The notes under the pieces are model-generated. The model was given only the letters and a program-made list of their open reading frames with translations, had not been told where the DNA came from and searched no databases. From a virus (lineage: Duplodnaviria; Caudoviricetes), in the IMG/VR virus record IMGVR_UViG_3300030099_001381, positions 1 to 59,308 of that record: a stretch of DNA of 59,308 nt; one strand, written 5' to 3'. Below are positions 1 to 11,600 of this stretch, piece by piece. Numbering within the stretch: position 1 is the first letter of the stretch; the number at the start of each line of letters is the position of its first letter. The position numbers and the translations under genes are program-made.

Positions 1-98
1 TGTTTATCCTGATGGGAGAAGGTAATGGCTAGACAACCTTTAAGACCTGCCCAAATAGAATATAACTCTATAGATGAGAATTTATTTCGTGAACAAGT
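1..98. repeat. Terminal overlap with 59210-59307 (circular assembly, genome ~59,209 bp)
   Basis: Bases 1-98 are identical to 59210-59307; the ORF ending at 59234 and the ORF starting at 25 join across the ends. Confidence 0.95.
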
Positions 99-225
99 AA
101 CTAATTTTATGAATGAAATTAGTACAAAAGTAGATGAAGTAGAAAAAGTAAATACAACAACAAGTGCTAAAAGTGTGAGAAGAATGCAACTTTTATTGCT
201 TGGTGCACCAAAATGGACAAATTAA
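25..225 (+). CDS. Small hypothetical virion-associated protein
   Basis: 66-aa ORF translationally coupled (TAATG) to the upstream nozzle gene across the contig join. Confidence 0.6.
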   Translation: MARQPLRPAQIEYNSIDENLFREQVTNFMNEISTKVDEVEKVNTTTSAKSVRRMQLLLLGAPKWTN

Positions 226-588
226 ATGGCAGATACATTTAAAGTATTAGCACAATTAAAACCTTCTTCGGCAACAGCTACAACATTGTATACAGTTCCA
301 AGAAGAGAGGGAACAGGTGTTAACTCACAGTTTCCTGCACAAACAACAATAAGTTCTTTAGTAGTATGTAATCAAGACAGCAGTACAGCAGATACATTTA
401 GAGTTAGAATAAAAGTTAAGAATGCTGGTGACGACAACAAACAATTTATATATTATGATAAAAATGTAAATGCAAAAGATACATTAGCTGTAGTCATTGG
501 CATTACACTAAGTGAGTCTGATGTTATTGAAGTATATGCAACGAATGGAACATTAAGTTTTAACTTATTTGGAGTAGAGACAACATAA
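226..588 (+). CDS. Small beta-rich tail/virion protein
   Basis: 120 aa, beta-strand-like pattern, coupled to neighbours in the structural operon. Confidence 0.55.
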   Translation: MADTFKVLAQLKPSSATATTLYTVPRREGTGVNSQFPAQTTISSLVVCNQDSSTADTFRVRIKVKNAGDDNKQFIYYDKNVNAKDTLAVVIGITLSESDVIEVYATNGTLSFNLFGVETT

Positions 589-3305
589 TGAATAATAAAT
601 TACCTTATAAAAACATGGCAGATGAAGTAGCGAGTAGGGGTCGTTACGGAGATACAACACTTATCCATGTAAACCCAATTGAGGTTGAAGGATTAGCAAG
701 TCTCGTACCATTAACAATAAACCCTGATACAGGGTATCCTGAAGCATTTTTACCTTTATTAGCACCTTTTTTAGGTACAGCATTAGGTACAGCTATAGGA
801 ACAGGAGCAGGTCTTACAGGTTTAGGATTAACAGCTGCAGGTGCAGGTGGATCAGCTCTAGCAACAACAGCGGCAACAGGTAGTGTAGAAGAAGGTTTGA
901 TGGCAGGTCTTACAGGATTTGGTTTAGGACAAGCACTTCAAGGAGCTTCAGGTTTAACAGGAGCAACTGATGCTGTTAATCAAATAGCAAAAGCACCTGT
1001 AAGTAGTGCTGATGTAGGAAAAGCATTAGCAGATCAAGGTTCTTCTCTTGGAGAAGCAACAAAAGCATTGAATTCAGTAGGTTCTAATTTACCATTTCCA
1101 CCAAAAGTATTACCTCAAAGCGTAAGTTCTTTAACAGATGTTGCTCAACAAGGTTTTCAACGAGGAGCTTCTCAACCTTTAAAAGCTCTTGGACAAGAAG
1201 GTGGTTTAAAAGCATTCGGAACTGAAGCATTAAAAATGAAAAATCTAGTGCCAATTGCATCAGGTTTAGGTGGAATTACTGTTAGTGAAGATATTAGAAG
1301 GTCTGACGCAAACATACAGCGTATGAAAGACAAAAAAGAAAGAGAAGGAAAAGAAGCTATTGCGAACTATATAGAGAATAGACCTGGCATGACAAAAGCA
1401 CCTTTTAGTTCTCGCTTTGTACCAGGAATGCAACCACAAGGAACAGCTATGAAAAACCCTTATGCAAATAGATATGCATTAGGTGGTAAAGTAAGAAGAT
1501 TTAAAGGAGCAGGAGATATACAGATTCCACCAGGATATGTAATACCAACACCTGGTCTTCCTGTTATTCCTCCTGTAGAGCCTACACCTGATCCTACTCC
1601 TGTGATGCCTGACATTAGTAATTTTTCTATGGGTTACGATCCTAGCTCTATTGATATGGCAACAGGATTAAAAAAGACTCCTGAACAAATGCGAGGAATG
1701 GTTAGAGGTAGAGGATTAACTCCTGTTCCTTATAATTATATGGCAGGATTTATGCCTGAATATCAATATGTTTCTAACATCCAACCAACATCTACAAGTA
1801 TAGGTGCTACAGGTACAGGTACAGGAACAGGTAATATATCAATAGGTGGAAGTGGTTCTATGGGAATACCTAATGTAACAGTTGGTGGTACAAATGTTTA
1901 TAAAGGTTCTTATGATCCTGATTTATTTGCAGGTGGTACTCCTTACAATGAATATCTTTTAGGTAATGTAGAAAAAGGTATACCTGATTATTTAAGTTCT
2001 TATATGCAGAACACTCCTTATTACCAATATCAAGATCAAGTTTTAAATGATATATATGGTGGTGGAGGATATGGAACTCCTGGCTTTATGGGAACAGGAT
2101 TTTATCTAAATAATCCAATGCCTATGCCTACACCTACACCTGATCCTGTTAATCCATTACAATCACAAGTAGATTCTCTTAATAAAAGAATAGAAGATTT
2201 ACTTGCTCAAATAGAAGGTAAAGATGAAACAATAGCTGAAGAATTAGCTACAGATCAAGCATCAAGATTTGGTCAAATTACACCTGATCCTAAATCAGAT
2301 TTAATTGTGCAAGAAGGTGATCTTGCAGGTAAATTAAATATTGATAGTGACATATTTGATTATTTAGATATAAGTCCTGAAGATAAAGCAGGAATACAAG
2401 AGTACAATTATATACCAGGTTATGAAAATTATATGGGCACTTTTGAAGGAGATAATTTAACAGAACAAATTAATAGTTATATAAATCAAGAAACAGCAAA
2501 TTTAGGTGGTTTAAATACTCTAGTTAGTGCAGATGATACATATATACCTCAAAATACATTTGATCCAAATCTTGGTGCTGTAATAAATGAAATAAAACAA
2601 GAAGATGGTTCATATAAAGAATGGGCTGTTATACCTAATAAAGGTTATGTTGAAGTTGGATCATTTACAGTTGATGCAGATGGCAACAAAACATATGCAG
2701 ATAAAAAATACGCAAGTGGTGGTCAGATATTAAATTCACTTAAAACTTTAGAAAATTATGCACAACCATTACCAATGAGTTTGATGGCTATGAATAATAT
2801 ATCTTCAGGGAATACTTATGCTGAAGGTGGTTTAGCTGAAACAGAAGAGGTAGATCAAGTTGAAGCTCTTATGCAAAATCCTGTAATACAAGAGAAAATG
2901 TCTGAAGGTGACAGAGATTTACTAAGATCAGCTTCTTTAGTGATATTAGGGCGTATTGAAGATGATGGCTCTATTATTGAAAGATTTGTAGAAATGTTTG
3001 GGAGTGAGGCTTTAGACAGATTAAAATCAGAACTATTACCTAATATGCAACAACAAGGTCTAATTGAAGGCGAAGGTGGTGGAATGGATGATATGGTTGA
3101 TGGAGTTATTGGCGATCAAGAAAAAGTTGCTGTAAGTCCTGGCGAATACATTGTTCCTGCTGATGTTGTAGGTGATTTAGGAGATGGTAACAACGAACAG
3201 GGAGCAAGGATTATGGATGATTTTTTATCAAGAGTAAGACAAGAAAAACACGGAACAGATAAACAACCTGACCCAATTAACTTAGATAATGTAATGCCGT
3301 CATAA
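588..3305 (+). CDS. Internal virion / DNA-ejection protein
   Basis: 905 aa, Gly/Ala-rich hydrophobic N-terminal segment, Pro-rich low-complexity middle, repeated Y-A-x-G-G motifs; position after the nozzle gene. Confidence 0.6.
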   Translation: MNNKLPYKNMADEVASRGRYGDTTLIHVNPIEVEGLASLVPLTINPDTGYPEAFLPLLAPFLGTALGTAIGTGAGLTGLGLTAAGAGGSALATTAATGSVEEGLMAGLTGFGLGQALQGASGLTGATDAVNQIAKAPVSSADVGKALADQGSSLGEATKALNSVGSNLPFPPKVLPQSVSSLTDVAQQGFQRGASQPLKALGQEGGLKAFGTEALKMKNLVPIASGLGGITVSEDIRRSDANIQRMKDKKEREGKEAIANYIENRPGMTKAPFSSRFVPGMQPQGTAMKNPYANRYALGGKVRRFKGAGDIQIPPGYVIPTPGLPVIPPVEPTPDPTPVMPDISNFSMGYDPSSIDMATGLKKTPEQMRGMVRGRGLTPVPYNYMAGFMPEYQYVSNIQPTSTSIGATGTGTGTGNISIGGSGSMGIPNVTVGGTNVYKGSYDPDLFAGGTPYNEYLLGNVEKGIPDYLSSYMQNTPYYQYQDQVLNDIYGGGGYGTPGFMGTGFYLNNPMPMPTPTPDPVNPLQSQVDSLNKRIEDLLAQIEGKDETIAEELATDQASRFGQITPDPKSDLIVQEGDLAGKLNIDSDIFDYLDISPEDKAGIQEYNYIPGYENYMGTFEGDNLTEQINSYINQETANLGGLNTLVSADDTYIPQNTFDPNLGAVINEIKQEDGSYKEWAVIPNKGYVEVGSFTVDADGNKTYADKKYASGGQILNSLKTLENYAQPLPMSLMAMNNISSGNTYAEGGLAETEEVDQVEALMQNPVIQEKMSEGDRDLLRSASLVILGRIEDDGSIIERFVEMFGSEALDRLKSELLPNMQQQGLIEGEGGGMDDMVDGVIGDQEKVAVSPGEYIVPADVVGDLGDGNNEQGARIMDDFLSRVRQEKHGTDKQPDPINLDNVMPS

Positions 3306-3757
3306 TGAAAGAAAAAACAGATATAGTAAAAACCTTAGTTAAGCCTGAAGATATACCTCATATTTGGGTATTTGCAGAAAAACTTTTAAAGAAAAGTGCT
3401 AAGAGAAGTGAAGGAAGAACAAATACAAACGATTTGTTTGAAGAATGTATGGCAGGAACTAGTAGTTTATGGATAGTTTATGAACAAGAAAAGTTTCCTG
3501 AATTACTAGGATGTGGTATAACTCAAATAAATCACTATCCAACAGGTTTAAAGATGTTAAACATCGATCATGTAGCAGGAGTTCATCAAGAAAAATGGAC
3601 TAAAGGTGCATTAGATGTTTTAGAAAGATTTGCAAAAGATGTTAATTGTGATGGCATAGAGTCTTTAGGTAGACCTGGCTTTTGGAGTTGGATTAAAAAC
3701 GATAATTGGTCTAGAATGGCAGTAGCTTATCAAAAAAGGTTTGACAATGAGAAATAG
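3305..3757 (+). CDS. GNAT-fold protein of the ejection module (putative acetyltransferase)
   Basis: 150 aa with C-terminal FAKDVNCDGIESLGRPGFW, typical of GNAT-like proteins next to podovirus ejection genes. Confidence 0.55.
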   Translation: MKEKTDIVKTLVKPEDIPHIWVFAEKLLKKSAKRSEGRTNTNDLFEECMAGTSSLWIVYEQEKFPELLGCGITQINHYPTGLKMLNIDHVAGVHQEKWTKGALDVLERFAKDVNCDGIESLGRPGFWSWIKNDNWSRMAVAYQKRFDNEK

Positions 3758-4691
3758 TATTAGAAGATTTAAAGGTGGTTCTTCAGGTCCGACAGAGACC
3801 ACAGTAACTAATCAGAATATTCCTGATTGGTTAAAACCTCAAATGACAGCTTTATTAGCTCGATCTGAATTTGAAAGCAATCAACCTTATCTTCCATACT
3901 CGCAACAAAGACTAGCAGGTTTTTCTCCTGCTGAAAGAATGGCTCAACAAGGCATAGGCTCTATGGCTATGTTTGGTGATCCTATGGCTACTAGAGAAGC
4001 TCAAAGAAGAGTTTCACAAGCACCTAATGTTATGACTAGTGGTATAGCACAGGCTTATATGTCTCCTTATTTTTCACAAGCACTTGATCCTTTAAAAGAT
4101 GAAACAAGAAGACAGTCTGCTATATCAGCTCGTGATATAAGAGATCAAGCTGCAGGTGCAGGTGGTTTAGGTGGTTACAGAGAAGCTATCATGCAATCTG
4201 AAAGACAAAGAGATTTAAATAGACAGTTATCTGATATTGAAAAAGTAGGAAGACAAGATGCATTCTTAGATGCTTCAAGAAGGTTTGAAGCTGATAGAGA
4301 TTCACAATTACAAAGAGCAGATAGACTTTCAGCTTTAGGTAGTCAGCAACAAGCTATGGGTCTAGAAAGACTTAAAGAACTACAAAGAATTGGTGAACAA
4401 CAAAGATCATTACAACAAGCTAGTCTTGACATGGGATATCAAGACTTCTTACGACAACAAGGTTACCCACAACAACAACTTGGTTTCTATGAGAATATTC
4501 TTAAAGGAACTTACTCAAGACCTAACGAAACAGTTAGTACATTTGGTAGAAATCCTAATTTATTTAGTAGTATTTTAGGAGGAGGCATTCAAGCCGCAGG
4601 TTTATTAAACATGGCAGGTGGTGGTAAAGTAAGAGGTGGTTTAACATCTTTAGGTATTGCAAACGCTATGAGAGGATCAAATGCTAGGTAA
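3741..4691 (+). CDS. DNA-ejection (pilot-like) protein
   Basis: Gln/Ala-rich helical 316-aa protein with N-terminal FKGG, YMSPY motif and Gly-rich C-terminus. Confidence 0.6.
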   Translation: MTMRNSIRRFKGGSSGPTETTVTNQNIPDWLKPQMTALLARSEFESNQPYLPYSQQRLAGFSPAERMAQQGIGSMAMFGDPMATREAQRRVSQAPNVMTSGIAQAYMSPYFSQALDPLKDETRRQSAISARDIRDQAAGAGGLGGYREAIMQSERQRDLNRQLSDIEKVGRQDAFLDASRRFEADRDSQLQRADRLSALGSQQQAMGLERLKELQRIGEQQRSLQQASLDMGYQDFLRQQGYPQQQLGFYENILKGTYSRPNETVSTFGRNPNLFSSILGGGIQAAGLLNMAGGGKVRGGLTSLGIANAMRGSNAR

Positions 4692-5616
4692 AAATATAAT
4701 TGAACTTCAGAAAGAATTAAGCTATATGCCTATGGATAGATTAGTTAGTTTAGTAGATGACCCTAATTCAATTTATGGTTCTTTACCTCTTATAGAAATA
4801 CAAAACAGAAAACAATTACAAGAAGGTTCTAAACCTTCTGAAAGAATAACAACAGTAGCTGATGATATAATCTCTTCAGTTGCATCCCCTACTAGTATGG
4901 ATACATCCTCCCCTACCTCTCTTAACCCTGCTAGTGGGGGAATCGCACAACTACCTATGAGACAAATGGCAGAAGGTGGATCAGTTTATAGCAATCCTTA
5001 TTTCGGTAACGCAGACCCTGAAGAAGTAAGAAAATTACAGGAAAGAATGCCAGGGTTATCTACAGAAGATGCTGTTGCTATGGTATTAGGAATAGATACT
5101 GCTGATATAACTACAGGTTATGATAATGGTGGTTTAGCTACTTTAAAAGGTGAAGCAACTCTATCACCATTAGAACAATTAAGAGAAATGTATGGTTATC
5201 AATCAGATGAAGAATTTGATAAACAAAAAAGAATGTTAATGTTAATGCAATTAGGTGCTAACATTGCAAAAGCAGAAGACTTTAGTGATATCATAGAAGG
5301 AAATCAAGATATCTTTACAACAAGAATGGCATTAGAAGAGAAAAGAAGAGAAGAAGATATGGGTCTTGCAACACTATCTTCTAAATTAGATGAATTTGAT
5401 ACATCAGATGTAAGCAATATTGCAACAGCTCTTGAAAAAGCAAGAGCTGATGGACATGATCAGGATCAAATAGGAACTAAAACTAGAGATAGTTATGAAA
5501 CACTTTTAAAGTATTATGAATATCTTTTAAGTCAAGCACCACAAGAAAAAGGAATAGGTTCATTAAATACAGTAAAAGCCGATCTTTCACCAATAGTTGC
5601 ACCAGCAGGTGTTTAG
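4681..5616 (+). CDS. Putative ejection / internal virion protein
   Basis: 311 aa helical, MAEGG motif, lies between pilot-like and giant protein genes. Confidence 0.5.
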   Translation: MLGKNIIELQKELSYMPMDRLVSLVDDPNSIYGSLPLIEIQNRKQLQEGSKPSERITTVADDIISSVASPTSMDTSSPTSLNPASGGIAQLPMRQMAEGGSVYSNPYFGNADPEEVRKLQERMPGLSTEDAVAMVLGIDTADITTGYDNGGLATLKGEATLSPLEQLREMYGYQSDEEFDKQKRMLMLMQLGANIAKAEDFSDIIEGNQDIFTTRMALEEKRREEDMGLATLSSKLDEFDTSDVSNIATALEKARADGHDQDQIGTKTRDSYETLLKYYEYLLSQAPQEKGIGSLNTVKADLSPIVAPAGV

Positions 5617-5627
5617 GAGGTAAGTAA

Positions 5628-8600
5628 ATGCCTCAATATAGAAGGTTACCAAATGGACAAATACTAGAGCTTCCTGATAACTTAACTCAAGAACAAATAG
5701 AAATTGTTAATGAAAGATACTTTACAGCACCTCAAAGAGGTATAGAAAGTTTACCAACTGAAGAAGATCAAGACACTTCTATTTTAGGTCAAATAGTAGA
5801 AACAGGTAAAGCAGTACCAAGAGGTTTTACATCAAGTTTAATCTCTTCAGGAGAAGGTATTGTATCTTTATTTGACAAAGGCAATGACAGTGAGACTTTA
5901 AAAAAGATTAGAAATGCAAGAAAGTATATTAATGAAGAATCTTTCTTAGCCGCAGATGATGCTTATAAAGATAAGTTTTTAACTAAGTTTGGTGAAGGTC
6001 TTGGTAGTTTTGCCACATTCGCTACACCTGGCGTAGCTTTAAAAGTTGCAGGAGCAGCAGGTAAAACAATAGGAACAGGAAGTAAGATTGCCGCAACAGC
6101 AACAGGTTTTGGTCTTGCAGGTACAGCAGGTGTATCTCAACAAGCTGATCAGATGGAAACATCTAAAGCAAAAGGTATAGATATATCTACAGGTAAAGAA
6201 GTTGCTTCTGAATTAGCAGGTCTTGGAATTGGTTTTACTGAAATGCTTCCTATATTTGGTCTTCTTAGCAGAATTCCTGGTGGTCAGGTTGCTTCAGATG
6301 TAGCTGAAAAACATATGGGAAAACTTCTTAATAAAGTTAGAACTCAAGGTGGTAAAGCAGGAAAAGAAGTTGTTAAAGAAGCAGGAAAAAAAGGAGTAGC
6401 TAGTACAGTAAAAAGAGCAAGTAGAACAGCAGGAGAAGAAGCTATTCAAGAAACTGTTGCAGGGTTAGCTCAAGAATTAGCAGGTAAAGGAATATATGAT
6501 TCAAGTATACAAGTAGGTGGCAGTGCTTGGGATGACTTTACAGTAGGTGGTGCTGTTGGTTTTGCTTCTGATTTACTTATTAACGCAATAATTCCTGGCA
6601 AACAAAAGAACAAAGTATCAGCATATAACAACGAACAAAAACATGAAGAAGAAACAGAAAGGGTTAATAAGTCTAATAATCCAAATGCAACTGAAGTAGA
6701 ATACGATGTAGTAGAAGTTGGAGGAAAGTCAGTAAATGAACCTTTAGGTTATCAAGTTGTTGAAAAAAATAGTGGTGTAGTTGTTAGCCCTAGATATAAA
6801 AGACCTGATGAAGCAATTAATCAAAAAACAATATTAGACAATCAAAAGAATGAAGCTAGTTTACTTCTTACAACCGAAAGTAACGCAAACGATCAAGGTA
6901 GATCAGGAGATGCTCAAGGAAAAGTAGCTATTATTCAAGCTAATTCTGATAACGCTAATAAAGTATCAAGGTCAGAGGCTCAAACTATTATTGTTCCTCA
7001 AGGAGCAACCGAGAAAAAAAGTATTAATGATCAATGGCAAAGTCATATTAATAAAAAAATAAAAGGTAAATCTAAAAAAGCTCAAAATAAAAGACAAAAA
7101 TATATTTATGGAAATAGTTTCACACCTGCTGAATTACTTGCTGATAAAATTATAACTAAAAAACAATATAACGAAACTATGCAGAACAAAATAGATGCCA
7201 TGAATATTAAAAAACCTAGTGCTTCTACTAGCGATTTAAATAAAACTTTAAAATCTAAAAACATAGATGAAAAAATAGGTTCAGGCTCTACAGGATCAAC
7301 TAACTTTCATAGCTATTTAAAAGCTCTAACAGGTAAAGATAGATGGACTAAGTTAAATGATACTGAAAAAAAATATGTAAACGCTAGAATAAAACAACTT
7401 CCTAAAGCTAACAAAAAAAGAAAGATGATTGATACAACAGCTAGTAAATATTCTCTAGAGAATATTAATACTGTGATTGAAACTCAAGATAATAACTATA
7501 ATGAAACAGGTGAAAATCAAGCATACACAATTGAAGAGATACAAAAGATTGCCTCAACTCCTAATAAAATAAATAAAGATGCTACTAATCAAATGGTAGA
7601 AAGACTTGTAGATAGTGGAAGACTTACTAAAATTAATTCAGGTAAAGATAAAGGTAAGTATAAATTCTTTAAAGACAGAGGCAAAGCTAATGCTATAGAG
7701 AATGAAACACAATTCCAAAAACAAAACCTTATGGACAGTGAAGCCTTCTTTGAAACACAGGCAGAGTTTAAAGCTAGATTATCAACTAAAAGAGATAAAG
7801 ATGGTAATGCATTATTAACTCCTACTGAAATAAATCAAATTGCAAAAAATAATTCTCAAAAGAAAGTACAAGATTTAGGTTTGGGAAATATATTAGCAGA
7901 TGAAGAACTTCTTGATTTTGATGGTGTAGTACAAGATAAAGAAGGAAGATATCGAAAAACAACAATACAAAAATCTACTACAGATGGTCTCAGCAAAAGA
8001 GAAAGATTAAGTAGAGCAGGTCTATCAGCAGAAGAAGGCTCTACAGTTAGAAAAGAAAAAAATAAAGCGAGACTTAAATCTTTAATAGAAAAAGAATTAA
8101 AGAAAAAAGGTTTAGATAAATTAGGCATTAGTGCAGCTGTTGGTAAAATTTTTGCTAAAAAAGATAAAACAGGTTTTTTTGATGTAAGTGAAGGAGCAGG
8201 TGTGTATATTCCTTCTTTAGGTCAGGTTGTTTTAAACTATGATACTTTTCTTGATATACTACCACAGAATTTAGACTCATTAAGTGACAAACAAATCCTC
8301 TCAAGAAAATTAATTCTTAAAGATAAAGACAATCAAAAAACTTTTGACACTACAATTGGTGGAACTATTAATCACGAGAGTATTCATGCCTTAAAAGATT
8401 TAAATTTATTTACTCAAAAAGAATGGGTTGTTCTTAGCAATTATGTAAAAAATACAAAAGACCCTAGATATAAAGGTCAAACTATTGAGATTGAAAATAA
8501 CAAAGGTCGTAGATTGTCAATAGAAAATCCAACTTATCTTGAAGTACAGCTACAACAAAACAAAAATTTGGATGCTGATGGCGTGATTGAAGAGGCAATA

Positions 8601-11600
8601 GCAGAAGCATTTGGTGTATACACAAGAAACCCAAATAAATTTAGTGGTATGCCTAGAAATCTTTTCCAAAGAATATTAGACACCCTTACATCTTTCTTCA
8701 CTGCTTTTGATTCATCAGGTCTTACAGCTAATGAAATATTTAGTTCAATACAAGAAGGTGATCTTACTAGTTCTGAAAGATTATCTGATGCAACTATGGA
8801 TACAAGACCAACAGAACTTACTGAAGAAGAAGAAATAAAGTATCAAAGATTTACACCAGCAGAAAGACAATTTATAGAAAAATTGGTTACGCTAAATGAT
8901 TTAGTAGATGGTGCACCAAATGGTGCTGTAAGATTGGAATCTATGGATGCAATAATAGATGCAATTCAAGAACAAGCTGATAGACCTAGAGTTAGAATGA
9001 CTATACTTCCTCGTAATGTTAGGGAAATAGTCAGTAGTTATTCAGGTTATATAAGATTTAATACTGATAATTCTATAAGAAAAAGAAGACAAAACAGATT
9101 TGGTAATGAGGTTAAGTATCAAAGAATTAATGCCGAAACACAACCTTTGCTAGATGTAGGATTGCCATACAGTGAAATAGGATATCAATTAGATGAGTGG
9201 TTTAAAGCTAATGGATCAGAGGCAGAGAACGCATCAATAGTAAAAGTAAATAATCTATTAAAGAAAACACCTACAAGAGAAACATTAAAACTAGATAAGA
9301 CATATCTTAATGACGAGGGTAAAGAAAAGACAGCATTTAAAAATTTTGCAGAACTAAAACAATCAGTACAAGAAATTTTAGACGAAGGTAATTTTGATCC
9401 TAATTGGTATTTAAAGGTTGGGCAAGAAGCCGAAGCAATAGTAGGTAAAGATAACATGGTAGAGTTTTCTGTGTTATGGGCAATAACATCAGCTTCAACA
9501 GACCCTGAATTAAATTTTCAAAATACTTTAGAAGTAATGTCTTTGGCTAGAGGTATCGATCCCAAAACAGGAAACAAAAAACATAAGGATGTTTATTTAG
9601 ACCCTAAAGGTTTTAAAAGAAGAGTAAAAGCATTGAAGATGCCAACAGGTTCTAAATACACAATAGATGAAATAGGTCAGTTTTATGAAGATGCTAATTG
9701 GACAACTAAGACAGATACTTCAATTAAAACACCTATCTATGGATTAACAACATTGATGGTTAAAGATGGTGAGTATATGCCATTTATGGTAGCCGATAGA
9801 TGGATGTATAGAACGATGGGTTTTACAGATGCTATAACAAAAAGAGCACCTAAAAGATCAGAGATACATTATGCTCAATATATGGTTAAAAAATTAGGTA
9901 GTGAACAATATACATACAACAATGGTAAAAATACTAGAAGTCTAAGACCTGATGAAATTCAAGCAGCATTGTGGTTTTCAATAAGAAATAATTCTGGCAA
10001 CAAGCAGAAAACACCAGGAACTATACCTTCTATTTTAGAAAAATCTAAAAAAACTATAGATTCTATTTCTTTTGCAAAAGAAAAAAACTATTGGAGTGAT
10101 GTAGGTAGTTTTATTAATAAAGATAATCTTGATCTTAACCCTTACGAAAGAATTACTTATGTAGGTGCAGGTAAATTTGGAACTTTACAAATGCCTAGAA
10201 TGAAAAAGCAAGAACAAGAAAGAGCATCAAAATTATTTATAGAAGTTAATCCTGGTAATGAAAGAGGTTATGGAAAATTAACAGACGAAAGTGGTAACTC
10301 AGTTGAACTTACTTATGAACAAGTAGATAGATTAACTGAAGAAGTTATGGACTCAATAACTGATGAAAATGGCAAAATTAATTTACTTAAAAAATTAGGC
10401 ATTCCTCATCAGGTAACTAAAACTCATGGTGCATATGAAGGTGGTGTAAGCCCTAGTTATGTTATTGATATATTAGGTCAAAGAATTAATAACACTTTGC
10501 TTTCTGATATAGCTAAAACATTAGGTGATGCATTAATGCAAGATGCTGTTGTAACAACTCAGACTAATCCTGATGGAAAAAGACCTGCTTCTCTTCTGTC
10601 AAAAAAAGTTAATGAAGGGCAAGAGTCAGCTTTTACAAATGAAGAAATAACATTAATCAACGATGCTATAAATTCTGAAGGTGGCATATCTAATTACTAT
10701 AATCCTAATCAAAGATTTCCATTAGGATTTACAGCGAAATATATAAACGATTCAATATTAATAATTGATGAGCAGTATAATAAATTTGATGACGGAGATT
10801 TTTCTGAAGAAAGTGAAGATACTAGAGTTAGAAGATTTGAAGAATTTCAAAGATATATTCAAGAAAGATTGTCAAACATTGACGGATTACCTGAAATTGA
10901 ATATAGTACAGCTTATACCGATGGGAATTATATAAATGACTATACAGAAGCGACTTCAGGAATTAGGTTACAAACAGACACCGAAGGATCATCCGATATA
11001 CAAAACGCCGCAGTCAGTGACCTTTACATCCCAGCGTGGAGATCGTTCACCAACTTCATCCAAAACGAAGGACTAACCACAGAAAATAATGTAGCACCTT
11101 ACGAGAATGCAAAAACAACTGCATTAACTAAAGCTATCTCACCTAATGAAGTTAAGTATCAAAGAGCTAGAGCTATATTACAAGAGGCTAACGACAATTC
11201 TAAACCTAATACCACACCAAGATTTAATTTAAAAACTACCTCTCCATTAGCACAGACTACAGTTTTAGAGCATATAGAGAACGAAGATAAAGTAGGTATA
11301 AATCCTCTTGATGATGAAATTAAATTTCAAAGAACAAAGAAAGCAGAAACTATTCTTGGTGATGATTTAAATGTTAAAACTGAAAACATACCATTTGGTC
11401 AAAGGGCAATTGAACAGTTAAGTAGTTTTGGAAGAAGTTTTAGATTTATTGTACTAGATAAACTTGAGGCTATTGAAAGATCAAGTGCAAACTTTGCAGA
11501 CAAAGCAGGACAAACTTTACTAGCTAGTACGAGTGCTATTGGTGCTGCTAGATTAGGAGAAAGAGTTAAAGGTATCATTCAAGAAACATTAACTCAAGGT

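Noticed and set aside
1-98. Physical direct terminal repeat of the virion DNA
   Set aside because: The overlap falls across coupled structural genes and its length is typical of assembler k-mer overlap.
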